A DNA stretch of 64,000 bases, taken from positions 1 to 64,000 of the IMG/VR virus record IMGVR_UViG_3300023174_000052; one strand, given 5' to 3'. The first letter of the stretch is position 1, and every line of letters starts with the position of its first letter. Below are positions 9,001 through 16,698 of this stretch, piece after piece. Made by a program: the position numbers and the translations under genes. The stretch comes from a virus. A model generated the notes under the pieces. It was not told the DNA's origin. It did not search any database and worked only from the letters and a program-made list of their open reading frames with translations.

Positions 9001-9233
9001 AGGGCCGAACAAAAATTAAAAAGGCGAAACCAGGTCAGGTGAGAGAGTGGAGGTACAGGCACGATGACATCCCATTTGACCCGAATCTGGATATATTTTT
9101 TGTCGTCGAAGAGTGCTCGATAGTGCATGGTCCGAATAGTTCATCTGAAGGGGTCAGGGTGATGTATCCGGATGGGTTCATAACAGAACACCATAAACGA
9201 GAACTCGAGCGTGATTCCATCGTGATTGTATGA
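8997..9233 (+). CDS. small KOW/SH3-like protein (PGQVRxW)
   Basis: KPGQVREW..FFVV..VRVMYPDG. Confidence 0.75.
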   Translation: MKGRTKIKKAKPGQVREWRYRHDDIPFDPNLDIFFVVEECSIVHGPNSSSEGVRVMYPDGFITEHHKRELERDSIVIV

Positions 9234-9469
9234 AACCCGTAGAACCAGGACAGTTACGCAAGTGGATTCCTGAATGTGATGTTGGATTTGGACCGTTCGT
9301 AGTCCTCGACGTCATGAGAAAAATCGACGGAATGAAAGAGTTTTTGTGCCTCGACGAAATGGTAGTCCGTGTAATGTATGGAGACGGTCGAGTGATAAAC
9401 CACGGATTCCTGGGGATGGACGAGGATTCTTTTTTATTGGATGACGAGAACCACGATGTTTCGATTTAA
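9230..9469 (+). CDS. small KOW/SH3-like protein (PGQLRxW)
   Basis: EPGQLRKW..GPFVVL..VRVMYGDG. Confidence 0.75.
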   Translation: MKPVEPGQLRKWIPECDVGFGPFVVLDVMRKIDGMKEFLCLDEMVVRVMYGDGRVINHGFLGMDEDSFLLDDENHDVSI

Positions 9470-9686
9470 ACCCGGCGACCTCGTGAAGGTAAAGGGCGAC
9501 GTCATGATAGAGAGGATAAACTTATCCGGTTCTTCGGCGTTAGTCACCGGGTTCGAACATGATAACATGACCAAAGATTTACACGAAGTGTTAAATCGAG
9601 AGATTCCTTATATTATTATCTGTGGGGGCATAGAGACATATGCCTGGGACGAAGAGTTAGAAGAATTTCCAGTGGAGGATGATTGA
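9456..9686 (+). CDS. small KOW/SH3-like protein
   Basis: FKPGDLVKV..EELEE. Confidence 0.75.
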   Translation: MFRFKPGDLVKVKGDVMIERINLSGSSALVTGFEHDNMTKDLHEVLNREIPYIIICGGIETYAWDEELEEFPVEDD

Positions 9687-9817
9687 GTTTTCCGATGCCG
9701 TGGGCGGATTTTTTTAGTCTGGTGGGGCAGTTCCTAATCGGTTCTCTTGCCATTATTATCGTAATTGCCATAATCACCTGGTTAATGGGTGTTTTTTTCG
9801 TCGGGTACAAAAAGTGA
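9683..9817 (+). CDS. small membrane peptide (not in the ORF track)
   Basis: TTG 9683 or ATG 9695 with GGAGG; single hydrophobic helix ending GYKK. Confidence 0.55.
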   Translation: MSFPMPWADFFSLVGQFLIGSLAIIIVIAIITWLMGVFFVGYKK

Positions 9818-9823
9818 CTGGGG

Positions 9824-10114
9824 TTGAGAGTGCCAATAATAGAATGGAAAGGTGAACCGTTCCCGACAAACGGTGAATTTTATTATGAATCTCCGTTAGA
9901 ATTAGGCTCGCTTGTCCAGACGACAAAGGACGTGTTCGTGTGGACGGGTACCAGTGTGTATTCTGCCGTTTCGTCTCCTGTCAACGTAGAGATGGGAACG
10001 AAAGGTGTCGTATTAGAAAAGGACCAGCACAATACTTCGTTCCTGAATCATGAACGTGTCATGTTTGAGGGAGTAATCGGATATGTGCCCAGGAGATTTT
10101 TAGTTCTCCTTTAA
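9824..10114 (+). CDS. small KOW/SH3-like protein
   Basis: LELGSLVQT..KGVVL..VMFEG. Confidence 0.65.
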   Translation: MRVPIIEWKGEPFPTNGEFYYESPLELGSLVQTTKDVFVWTGTSVYSAVSSPVNVEMGTKGVVLEKDQHNTSFLNHERVMFEGVIGYVPRRFLVLL

Positions 10115-10128
10115 ATTATTTCTCCATT

Positions 10129-10162
10129 TTCTATGTCCACTGACGGTGAAACATGTTATTTT
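10129..10162 (+). promoter_or_regulatory. degenerate class A promoter
   Basis: TTCTATGTC-N16-TGTTATTTT, intergenic. Confidence 0.4.
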
Positions 10163-10179
10163 ATCTCTGTGAGGTATAG

Positions 10180-10410
10180 ATGTGGTTCCCGATAGCATGG
10201 TTAAGTCTCGGGTTTGCACTGAAGTGGATTCGTGAAGCTTTCGAAAATTTTGATAAAAAATGGGGAGATAAAATGCTCAATGTTCTCTTGATTGTCCTGT
10301 CTTTTGCACTCATCGTTACGCTCGTCGGTGCGCTCAAAGTGACGTGGGGGATTCTCTCCATCTGTTTCCTGTTCTGGTTTTTAATTTGCCTCATGATTAA
10401 GGCGAACTGA
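10180..10410 (+). CDS. small multi-pass membrane protein
   Basis: 2-3 hydrophobic segments; SD GAGGT. Confidence 0.65.
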   Translation: MWFPIAWLSLGFALKWIREAFENFDKKWGDKMLNVLLIVLSFALIVTLVGALKVTWGILSICFLFWFLICLMIKAN

Positions 10411-10613
10411 TGTTTAAGCCTGGCGACCTTGTGAAGGTAAGAAAAATGACTCGATACTCTCCCAACTCTAAAGACCCTCGTGAAATCGGCGGAGTGGGTG
10501 TAGTTGTCAACGTGAGTGTAGAATCTGGTAGTTTGATTCATTGGTATGATGTATATGTTAATGGACTAATTGTCAATGATATCATTGATGATAGGGTCAG
10601 TGAATATGTTTAA
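10410..10613 (+). CDS. small KOW/SH3-like protein
   Basis: MFKPGDLVKV..VGVVV..YDVYVNG. Confidence 0.8.
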   Translation: MFKPGDLVKVRKMTRYSPNSKDPREIGGVGVVVNVSVESGSLIHWYDVYVNGLIVNDIIDDRVSEYV

Positions 10614-10622
10614 TGGTTGAAA

Positions 10623-10868
10623 ATGAAAAATAAAAGAATTAATCACGATGACGATTTAGAACCTGGGACTCTTGTACAGGTCATCGAAGATTACGACGGC
10701 GAAAACATCGTGAAAAAATCTGGAGTCGTTGTATCTCTTGAACACAGGACGTTTAATAAACTCTCAGGCGTTGCGTATGATGCGAAATACAAAATCATGA
10801 CTGCTGATGGTGTTAAAGAATACTTTTGGATTGACCTTTCAACTTTAGATGGGGAAGAAGATGTTTGA
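10623..10868 (+). CDS. small KOW/SH3-like protein
   Basis: LEPGTLVQV..GVVV..YKI..DG. Confidence 0.75.
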   Translation: MKNKRINHDDDLEPGTLVQVIEDYDGENIVKKSGVVVSLEHRTFNKLSGVAYDAKYKIMTADGVKEYFWIDLSTLDGEEDV

Positions 10869-11043
10869 GAATGGTGACCTTGTTAAGGTTGTAAAGATGG
10901 AACACTCTCGATTTGGTCATACGGGAGTCTTCTTGCATGAATATACTGTTCCGAATATAAAATTAGAAAAACCCCTCTTTAAAGTCCTTATCGATGGAGA
11001 GATTAGACTCATGCTCCTTAACGAGTTGGAACGGATTAAGTAA
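10861..11043 (+). CDS. small KOW/SH3-like protein
   Basis: MFENGDLVKV..GHTGV..FKVLIDG..ELERI. Confidence 0.8.
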   Translation: MFENGDLVKVVKMEHSRFGHTGVFLHEYTVPNIKLEKPLFKVLIDGEIRLMLLNELERIK

Positions 11044-11112
11044 AGTTTTACAACTTGAAATGAACCTTCGGTCTGGTCATTGATAATTAAAGACCAGTAA
11101 GGAGGTGATTTC

Positions 11113-11325
11113 ATGGATAAGAAGAAAGTCGGCGCTATTGTTGCCGCACTCATCGCTGCTCTAACAGCGTTCTGGTATACCTACAGCTCCGAGGTTGAGA
11201 AGGAAGAGGTCGTGGCTCCTGTAGTCGAGGCACCTGTCGCTCCAGCCGTTGAGCCCGCTCCTGTTGCGCCTGTCGCTCCGGTTGAGGCCCCTGTCGCCCC
11301 TGCGGCGCCTGTCGAGGTTAAGTAA
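11113..11325 (+). CDS. membrane-anchored Pro/Ala/Val/Glu-repeat protein
   Basis: strong SD AAGGAGGTG; N-terminal TM helix; (VAP/VEAP)n tail. Confidence 0.75.
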   Translation: MDKKKVGAIVAALIAALTAFWYTYSSEVEKEEVVAPVVEAPVAPAVEPAPVAPVAPVEAPVAPAAPVEVK

Positions 11326-11678
11326 TGTTTCGAGGGGGACTCCCGGTATTCTTTGAGTACTCGTGGGTCCCCCGTTTTCTTTCCCATCTTTCGCCCATTG
11401 AAATTGGAGCGATAACGCTGGGACCATTCGTGTTCGCTAGGTCTGCGATTTCTGAAAAGACCAGACGACATGAATCCATTCACTGGGAACAATATAAAGA
11501 GACGGGTGTTATCCTGTTTCCAATATTATATTTCGCTTTTTGGTTATTCAATCTCTTGAAGTATAGAGACGGTGCGAAGGCTTATAGAGAGATTCCATTT
11601 GAACGTGAAGCGTATGGAAACGAAAGAGACATAGGGTATCTCTTTAGAAGAAAACGATACGCGTGGACGAAATCTTAG
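11325..11678 (+). CDS. zincin-like HExxH protein
   Basis: AITLGP..RHESIHWEQ..YREIPFEREAY. Confidence 0.6.
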   Translation: MFRGGLPVFFEYSWVPRFLSHLSPIEIGAITLGPFVFARSAISEKTRRHESIHWEQYKETGVILFPILYFAFWLFNLLKYRDGAKAYREIPFEREAYGNERDIGYLFRRKRYAWTKS

Positions 11679-11696
11679 AATATCGAAGCGAATGTA

Positions 11697-12662
11697 TTAG
11701 AAGTTCTCGTCTTCGTACTTCTTTCTGAATATCGTATCGTATTCTATACCGATGACCTTTCTCGCCATGTCTACGATCTCTTTTCCACCATGTTTTTCAA
11801 GTATCTCGAAGTGTCTCTTACCCCTCTCCTGCATTGCCAATATGTCGGACGGTATAGAACCTTTGAGATTATAAGAAGCGTTCAGAACCGGCATATCCGG
11901 GTGCAGATCACAGTCATCTTCGGGTGGCGGCGTCTGTGGATTTTTAACATCGTCGTATGGATGCGCGTCGACATATCCTGCGTCGACGATTCTTTGCCAC
12001 GCTTTTATAGCACCAGGCTTTACGATGTCTCGGTCCGGACCTAATTCACCTGCCGCGGCAAGTGCGGCGAGGTACGCCTTACGACCCCAGTCCTTAAACT
12101 CAGTCACAGACCTTCTCACGACGTAAGCGTAGTTGCATGGACCACCTTCGCCGTTCGGTTTACCCCACTGAACGCCCGATATGACGAGGTCATCAGGATT
12201 CGGTTTCGGTACCTTCGTTCCGAATAATCGTGACAACGACCAGTCCAACGCGGGAATGGAATAGATGACAGTAAGCTTTGAGTGAAAGCTATATTTAAAA
12301 GTAACGATGCCTAAACTTTCTGTCGGAGGTGGATCGTTTGACTCATTTATCATTTCACTGACTAACTTCCTAACAAGACTCTCACCCGCTATTTCTTTTT
12401 CCATCTTTCTTTTTTTATTAGCAAGTTGTAACCCGACAGGATCGTCGTTGTTCATTTCGAACTCTTCGCCAGGATCTTCATAGGGATTTTTAAAGTAAGT
12501 CGATCTCAATGAATAGGTCACCTCGCGGAGACCCATCGTCTTAAAGTACTTTGAAACCTTTTTTCTTACGTCTGGTTCTACGATCATGCCGTCTCTATCA
12601 AGCATGTCATCACCGGTGTCTTTGAAAGGAATAGATTTCGATTTTTTGTTCTTGGGTTTCAC
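11697..12662 (-). CDS. hypothetical protein with possible GNAT-like C-terminal domain
   Basis: WGRKAYLAAL..LGPDR..V..GAIKAW resembles phage GNAT-like domains. Confidence 0.45.
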   Translation of the reverse strand: MKPKNKKSKSIPFKDTGDDMLDRDGMIVEPDVRKKVSKYFKTMGLREVTYSLRSTYFKNPYEDPGEEFEMNNDDPVGLQLANKKRKMEKEIAGESLVRKLVSEMINESNDPPPTESLGIVTFKYSFHSKLTVIYSIPALDWSLSRLFGTKVPKPNPDDLVISGVQWGKPNGEGGPCNYAYVVRRSVTEFKDWGRKAYLAALAAAGELGPDRDIVKPGAIKAWQRIVDAGYVDAHPYDDVKNPQTPPPEDDCDLHPDMPVLNASYNLKGSIPSDILAMQERGKRHFEILEKHGGKEIVDMARKVIGIEYDTIFRKKYEDENF

Positions 12663-12681
12663 TTACATAACTATCAAGAAA

Positions 12682-12879
12682 TCAGTGCTCATACCCGCTT
12701 GTGTCTTCGAAAGTTGCGAGGACTGATAATAAGAAATTCTTATATATGATTTCTTCTTCGTTATCAGGATCTTTGAGGTTGTCTAATTCTTTAATCATCT
12801 GGTACTGTGAAGCAGCACTGATGAGATTGTCAGCCAGCTCTTCGATTCTATACATTTGTTCTTCCTGTAAATCTTTCAC
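12682..12879 (-). CDS. hypothetical protein
   Basis: coupled ORF (GTGA overlap). Confidence 0.55.
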   Translation of the reverse strand: MKDLQEEQMYRIEELADNLISAASQYQMIKELDNLKDPDNEEEIIYKNFLLSVLATFEDTSGYEH

Positions 12880-13670
12880 CTGATGATTCCTGCTTGTTCT
12901 AAAGATCTCGTCCAGCCTGACACTCGCTTACGACGCACTCTCGCAGCATCCACGACAGAAGACGGCGATCCCCACCCATCTCCTATTTCGCGAGAATCGA
13001 TACAGTGAATTCGCTGATCAATGGCGCCCACTGACGAGAGATTTAATACATCATCGTCATAAAAAATAACGCAATCCGGAGAATACTTTTCGATGAAACC
13101 AGATCTCATCGCTTGCGCTTTATTATATGGGACACCACCTGGTAAACTACCGACGCAGTGTATGTCTTCTAAAGCTATCGGAACGCCGTGTTTTGACATG
13201 AATCTACGAATATTCGTGGCGTTCGTAATTTTAATTTCATTACCCTCAATATCTGTCATCGATTCACCACCCGTCCTGCCAGTGATAACTCCGATAATAT
13301 CACCTCGAGCGAATGCCTGCTTCGCGACTGCTATGGTCGAATCAATCACTTTCGGACGTCGAATCTTAGCAGTCATACTAAAATCAACAACATCGGTTGG
13401 TACGAATCGAACAAAACCCCCACACTCTTGTCGTCGCAGTTCGCCTGCAGAAATTAACTCGTCAGTTGCTTTTGTGTATTCCCTAAAACTACCAGTAGTA
13501 ATTTCTACTGAACCTAAAGGTCCAGGTTTGCCAGTTATTCCGAATTGCTCGAGCCACGCCAAGGTATCTTTGGGTTCGCCATTTTCATAATGTAAAATTC
13601 TGATAGTACCATCGGTATGAGCGAGAGTATCATCAAAATCAAAAACACGTACGATTACAGTTTCTCGCAC
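12876..13670 (-). CDS. HAD-superfamily hydrolase
   Basis: VFDFDDTL (motif I), ITGR (II), K (III), FYDDD (IV). Confidence 0.8.
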   Translation of the reverse strand: MRETVIVRVFDFDDTLAHTDGTIRILHYENGEPKDTLAWLEQFGITGKPGPLGSVEITTGSFREYTKATDELISAGELRRQECGGFVRFVPTDVVDFSMTAKIRRPKVIDSTIAVAKQAFARGDIIGVITGRTGGESMTDIEGNEIKITNATNIRRFMSKHGVPIALEDIHCVGSLPGGVPYNKAQAMRSGFIEKYSPDCVIFYDDDVLNLSSVGAIDQRIHCIDSREIGDGWGSPSSVVDAARVRRKRVSGWTRSLEQAGIIR

Positions 13671-13942
13671 CAGCTATTCTCCAACGCCCGGGCTCGCTTG
13701 ATAAGTTGTTCTTGATAACGTTCCAATACTGGATATTCTAATTCGTTAATCGTTAGTTTATCATTACACCTGGTAATGTGTGTCAAATAATATTTACCGT
13801 ACCCGGGCTTTACGACATGAATTGCTTCCTCGAGGTCTCTTACATCTCGAGGACTATGGTGTGGTGGCGTGCCAGAGAGCGCTGGATACCAACCATCCGC
13901 AGTTACAATCATTAAACAAAATTTTACACAATTTTCTTTCAT
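13655..13942 (-). CDS. hypothetical protein
   Basis: ORF within - strand operon. Confidence 0.55.
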   Translation of the reverse strand: MKENCVKFCLMIVTADGWYPALSGTPPHHSPRDVRDLEEAIHVVKPGYGKYYLTHITRCNDKLTINELEYPVLERYQEQLIKRARALENSWCEKL

Positions 13943-13943
13943 T

Positions 13944-14138
13944 TCACTCGGCCTTTAATACATCTTCCTTACGCATCTTAATTATCCTCCCGTCGTCCAA
14001 ACGAACAAGAAGAATAATTTCTTGTTGAGCTGTTCCACCTTCTAAGTGCACTTGTGCACCCTCGAACATTATATTTAATACTGTCCCGACGTTCTTCATG
14101 TCGAGAAAGTGGTATACCCTATCGCCCACCCGTACCAT
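13944..14138 (-). CDS. small KOW/SH3-like protein
   Basis: VRVGDRVYH..VGTV..VRLDDG; SD GGAG. Confidence 0.7.
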   Translation of the reverse strand: MVRVGDRVYHFLDMKNVGTVLNIMFEGAQVHLEGGTAQQEIILLVRLDDGRIIKMRKEDVLKAE

Positions 14139-14192
14139 GTTGTGTCTCCATTGTAAAGTCAATATAATTGTAATTAATCAGAAGGAAGTAAA

Positions 14193-14510
14193 ATGACTCC
14201 TGAATCTTACGTCACAATAATCGTTACGGCAATCTCAGTCCTCGGTTCATCCGCGGCCATAAATTTTTATAATAGTCGTCTGAGACGACGTGACCACGAA
14301 GAAGAAGAGCATAGACGTCACGCTATGCAAATCAATGGAGACCTCAGAGAAAGGGTCGCCGTGTTAGAATCGAAATTAGAAAGAGCTGAAAGAGAAAAAG
14401 ATGAGCTGCAACAAGAAATGTTTAAACTCATTGAATCTCTCGCTGCAATAAAAGTCGAAGTTGAGTTCCTACGGAAAGAAAACGCTTACCTAAAATCTTT
14501 AAAAAACTAA
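14193..14510 (+). CDS. TM plus coiled-coil protein (holin-like architecture)
   Basis: N-terminal TM helix followed by heptad repeats. Confidence 0.55.
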   Translation: MTPESYVTIIVTAISVLGSSAAINFYNSRLRRRDHEEEEHRRHAMQINGDLRERVAVLESKLERAEREKDELQQEMFKLIESLAAIKVEVEFLRKENAYLKSLKN

Positions 14511-14514
14511 AAGA

Positions 14515-14561
14515 ATAAAACAGGCACTTACCAAATTTTATGTAGTAAGTGCCTGTTTTAT
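14515..14561. terminator. bidirectional terminator
   Basis: 17-bp perfect inverted repeat ATAAAACAGGCACTTAC/GTAAGTGCCTGTTTTAT between convergent genes. Confidence 0.75.
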
Positions 14562-14571
14562 ATTTTGAAAG

Positions 14572-15090
14572 TTACTTTCTAAATTTAGAATATTCGTACT
14601 TAAGATAGTCACTTATTGTATCAATCATTTCATCTGCGACGGCTATCTTTTCCTGCACCCATTCCGGGAGTGTATCCATATCTCCGATCGTATCGTGAAG
14701 AGACTGGGCTTTTGATGCAATCGATTGCAGATTGGATTTAATCATACCCGCCTGTTCACCAGGACCAGTATTTTCAAAAGATATACCTTCTTCATCCGGC
14801 ATCATATCAGGAAGACCCGCCGCCTTACACATTTGATCGCACTCTACCAAAAAGCGCTTTTTAGATTCATCGAGTTTACTAAATCCAATTCTTTGGTGTC
14901 TCTTCTTTTCTAGAGTAAGAAAGTGGATGAATTGACGCGCTTCGATAAGATTGAAATCGCATTGCGCGATGAGATCTCCCATCGTAAATTCGCTCGCAAA
15001 CTCGACGTCTTCTACAACAAGATTACTTCTCTCGCACATCGCATCGTAAATTTCTCGAACCCTAACACAATCTTTTTCGCTATAAGCCAT
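14572..15090 (-). CDS. phage protein with LPEWVQxKI domain, probably virion-associated
   Basis: MIKSNL..LPEWVQEKIAVA..ISDYL; start moved to MAYS (SD GGAG). Confidence 0.6.
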   Translation of the reverse strand: MAYSEKDCVRVREIYDAMCERSNLVVEDVEFASEFTMGDLIAQCDFNLIEARQFIHFLTLEKKRHQRIGFSKLDESKKRFLVECDQMCKAAGLPDMMPDEEGISFENTGPGEQAGMIKSNLQSIASKAQSLHDTIGDMDTLPEWVQEKIAVADEMIDTISDYLKYEYSKFRK

Positions 15091-15124
15091 GGTATTATAT
15101 CTCCCAACTGATATACTTATCATC

Positions 15125-15601
15125 ATGCAGACCGAACTTCTAAACGAATTTATGATGAGCCATGCAGCTATACTTCAAGCCTTTAGAGCTTGGTTTCACG
15201 CTGCGCACCACGTCACTCGCGGAACTGGTTTCCACGCCGACCACGAACTATACGCAGAGATCTACGCAGCCGTAGAGGGATACTACGACGTCGTCATAGA
15301 GAAGTCGATAGGAATTCTCAAGTGCGAACATGTAGCTTCTCCTCACAAAGTAATGAAAGAAGCCTGTACAGTACTCGGAGCGTATCCTGATCCTGTGGGT
15401 ATGACTTCATTGGCCATCGCAACGTCTGCGCACAAGATAATGTCAGACTATTCAGACTTCTTGAATGAAATGAATAGAGGTCTTGAAGATATGGAATCAA
15501 TAACTCTTGGCCTCGATGATTTTCATGCCTCAACTGCGAACGCGGTCGAGACTTACATATATAAACTTGGTCAACGAATCAAGACAGAGCTACAAGACTA
15601 A
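15125..15601 (+). CDS. Dps/ferritin-like protein
   Basis: AHHVTRGTGFHADHELYAEIY..DVVIEK matches the Dps HW..G..F..H..Y..D..E pattern. Confidence 0.75.
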   Translation: MQTELLNEFMMSHAAILQAFRAWFHAAHHVTRGTGFHADHELYAEIYAAVEGYYDVVIEKSIGILKCEHVASPHKVMKEACTVLGAYPDPVGMTSLAIATSAHKIMSDYSDFLNEMNRGLEDMESITLGLDDFHASTANAVETYIYKLGQRIKTELQD

Positions 15602-15603
15602 AA

Positions 15604-15629
15604 AAAATGCGCCTTGATGGGCGCATTTT
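15604..15629. terminator. bidirectional terminator
   Basis: AAAATGCGCC-N6-GGCGCATTTT between convergent genes. Confidence 0.7.
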
Positions 15630-15657
15630 AAATTATTATCGATGTCTATCTTGTAAC

Positions 15658-15888
15658 TTAGTCGAGTTTACCATCGACCTCATCAAGGTAGCTATCGCAA
15701 TCTGCGACATCATCCCCGAGCTTCGCTCGAATCTTAGCGATTCGAATCGCAGCAAGGAGCGCCTTGGTGTTGATCCGATCCTTATACTCTTCGAGAAGCT
15801 CCTTACGATCATCCTTGAGAAGCTGGAGTTCGCTCTCGATCGAGGTGAGCTTTTCGATGAATTCAGCAACGGTGGTCTGCGCAGTCAT
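15658..15888 (-). CDS. GapR/T4 DsbA-like (DUF2312) dsDNA-binding protein
   Basis: FIEKL..IE.E..LKDD.KEL.EEYK...K.L..AIRI.K pattern, 76 aa. Confidence 0.65.
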   Translation of the reverse strand: MTAQTTVAEFIEKLTSIESELQLLKDDRKELLEEYKDRINTKALLAAIRIAKIRAKLGDDVADCDSYLDEVDGKLD

Positions 15889-16157
15889 TTCTTTTCTACT
15901 CCTTGGTTCTTTTTACTCTTCTTGGTCACAACTTCGTCGAAGACTTTCGTTTCGACTTTTTCTTCTACAACTTCAACTTGTTTTGTTTCTTTAGGAACTG
16001 GGAACAAACTTAGTAACTGTAAATCACTTGGTGGTTTAACGTTAAAGTTATTACACATGGCTACCAAATCTTCTTTGGTCTTAATTTTAAACTGTTCACA
16101 AAATTCAGAAAACTTTATAGATCTTCGAACTACGAAATCATCCCAAGCTATCATCAT
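15885..16157 (-). CDS. hypothetical protein
   Basis: coupled ORF in the sigma operon. Confidence 0.6.
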   Translation of the reverse strand: MMIAWDDFVVRRSIKFSEFCEQFKIKTKEDLVAMCNNFNVKPPSDLQLLSLFPVPKETKQVEVVEEKVETKVFDEVVTKKSKKNQGVEKK

Positions 16158-16411
16158 TGAATATCCTCATAATCTTCTTCAAATTGTTTCTCAAACCCAG
16201 AAGCGATTTGAAAAAAATCTAATAACAGTTTAGTAACATCTTTATTGTATTCATTTTCTAATGAATTTTTAAGTTCGGCCGTCGAAACATTAACTCCGTC
16301 ACTTGACAACTCTTTCGATAATTCGACAGTTCGTTTTAGAGCTTCCTCGACAGCTTCCTCATCCCAATCCAACATTTCAAAAAGCTGGGTATGGAGATGC
16401 AATAACGACAT
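16154..16411 (-). CDS. hypothetical acidic protein
   Basis: coupled ORF in the sigma operon. Confidence 0.6.
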   Translation of the reverse strand: MSLLHLHTQLFEMLDWDEEAVEEALKRTVELSKELSSDGVNVSTAELKNSLENEYNKDVTKLLLDFFQIASGFEKQFEEDYEDIQ

Positions 16412-16698
16412 TAGTCGGTCTCTTCATCGAGAAATTGAGCTACGGCCGCTTGAAATCGCGGATCGCATGCAGTCTTGATAGACTCTTCATCGAGTTGATC
16501 CTTGTGCACGCCATGCAACTGACACAACGGGGTCGAGATTTTCTTGAGAGCTCGCAACAATACGTTGCGCGCCGTGGCGTGATTCATCTTATCACCGCTC
16601 TTCGTCATGCGATCTGCGATGTCGTGGAATCCCATCCCGCCATCATTCGTAACGGTCGCGTAACCATACTTCGACTTGTGACCCTTAGGCATAGACAT
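16411..16698 (-). CDS. HTH protein resembling sigma70 region 4.2 (putative second subunit of a split sigma)
   Basis: MGFHDIADRM..MNHATARNVLLRALKKI aligns with TLEEVG..F..TRERIRQIE.KAL.KL; TGATG overlap with sigma. Confidence 0.6.
   Translation of the reverse strand: MSMPKGHKSKYGYATVTNDGGMGFHDIADRMTKSGDKMNHATARNVLLRALKKISTPLCQLHGVHKDQLDEESIKTACDPRFQAAVAQFLDEETD

Noticed and set aside
57-11043. Mini-gene array as an integron cassette array or CRISPR-like array
   Set aside because: Genes overlap directly with no attC-like intergenic hairpins, no integrase in the window and no fixed-length repeat-spacer pattern.
57-11043. Short ORFs as fragments of long genes under stop-codon reassignment
   Set aside because: Successive ORFs are in different frames, each restarts with the same N-terminal motif, and long genes elsewhere end normally with TAA, TGA or TAG.
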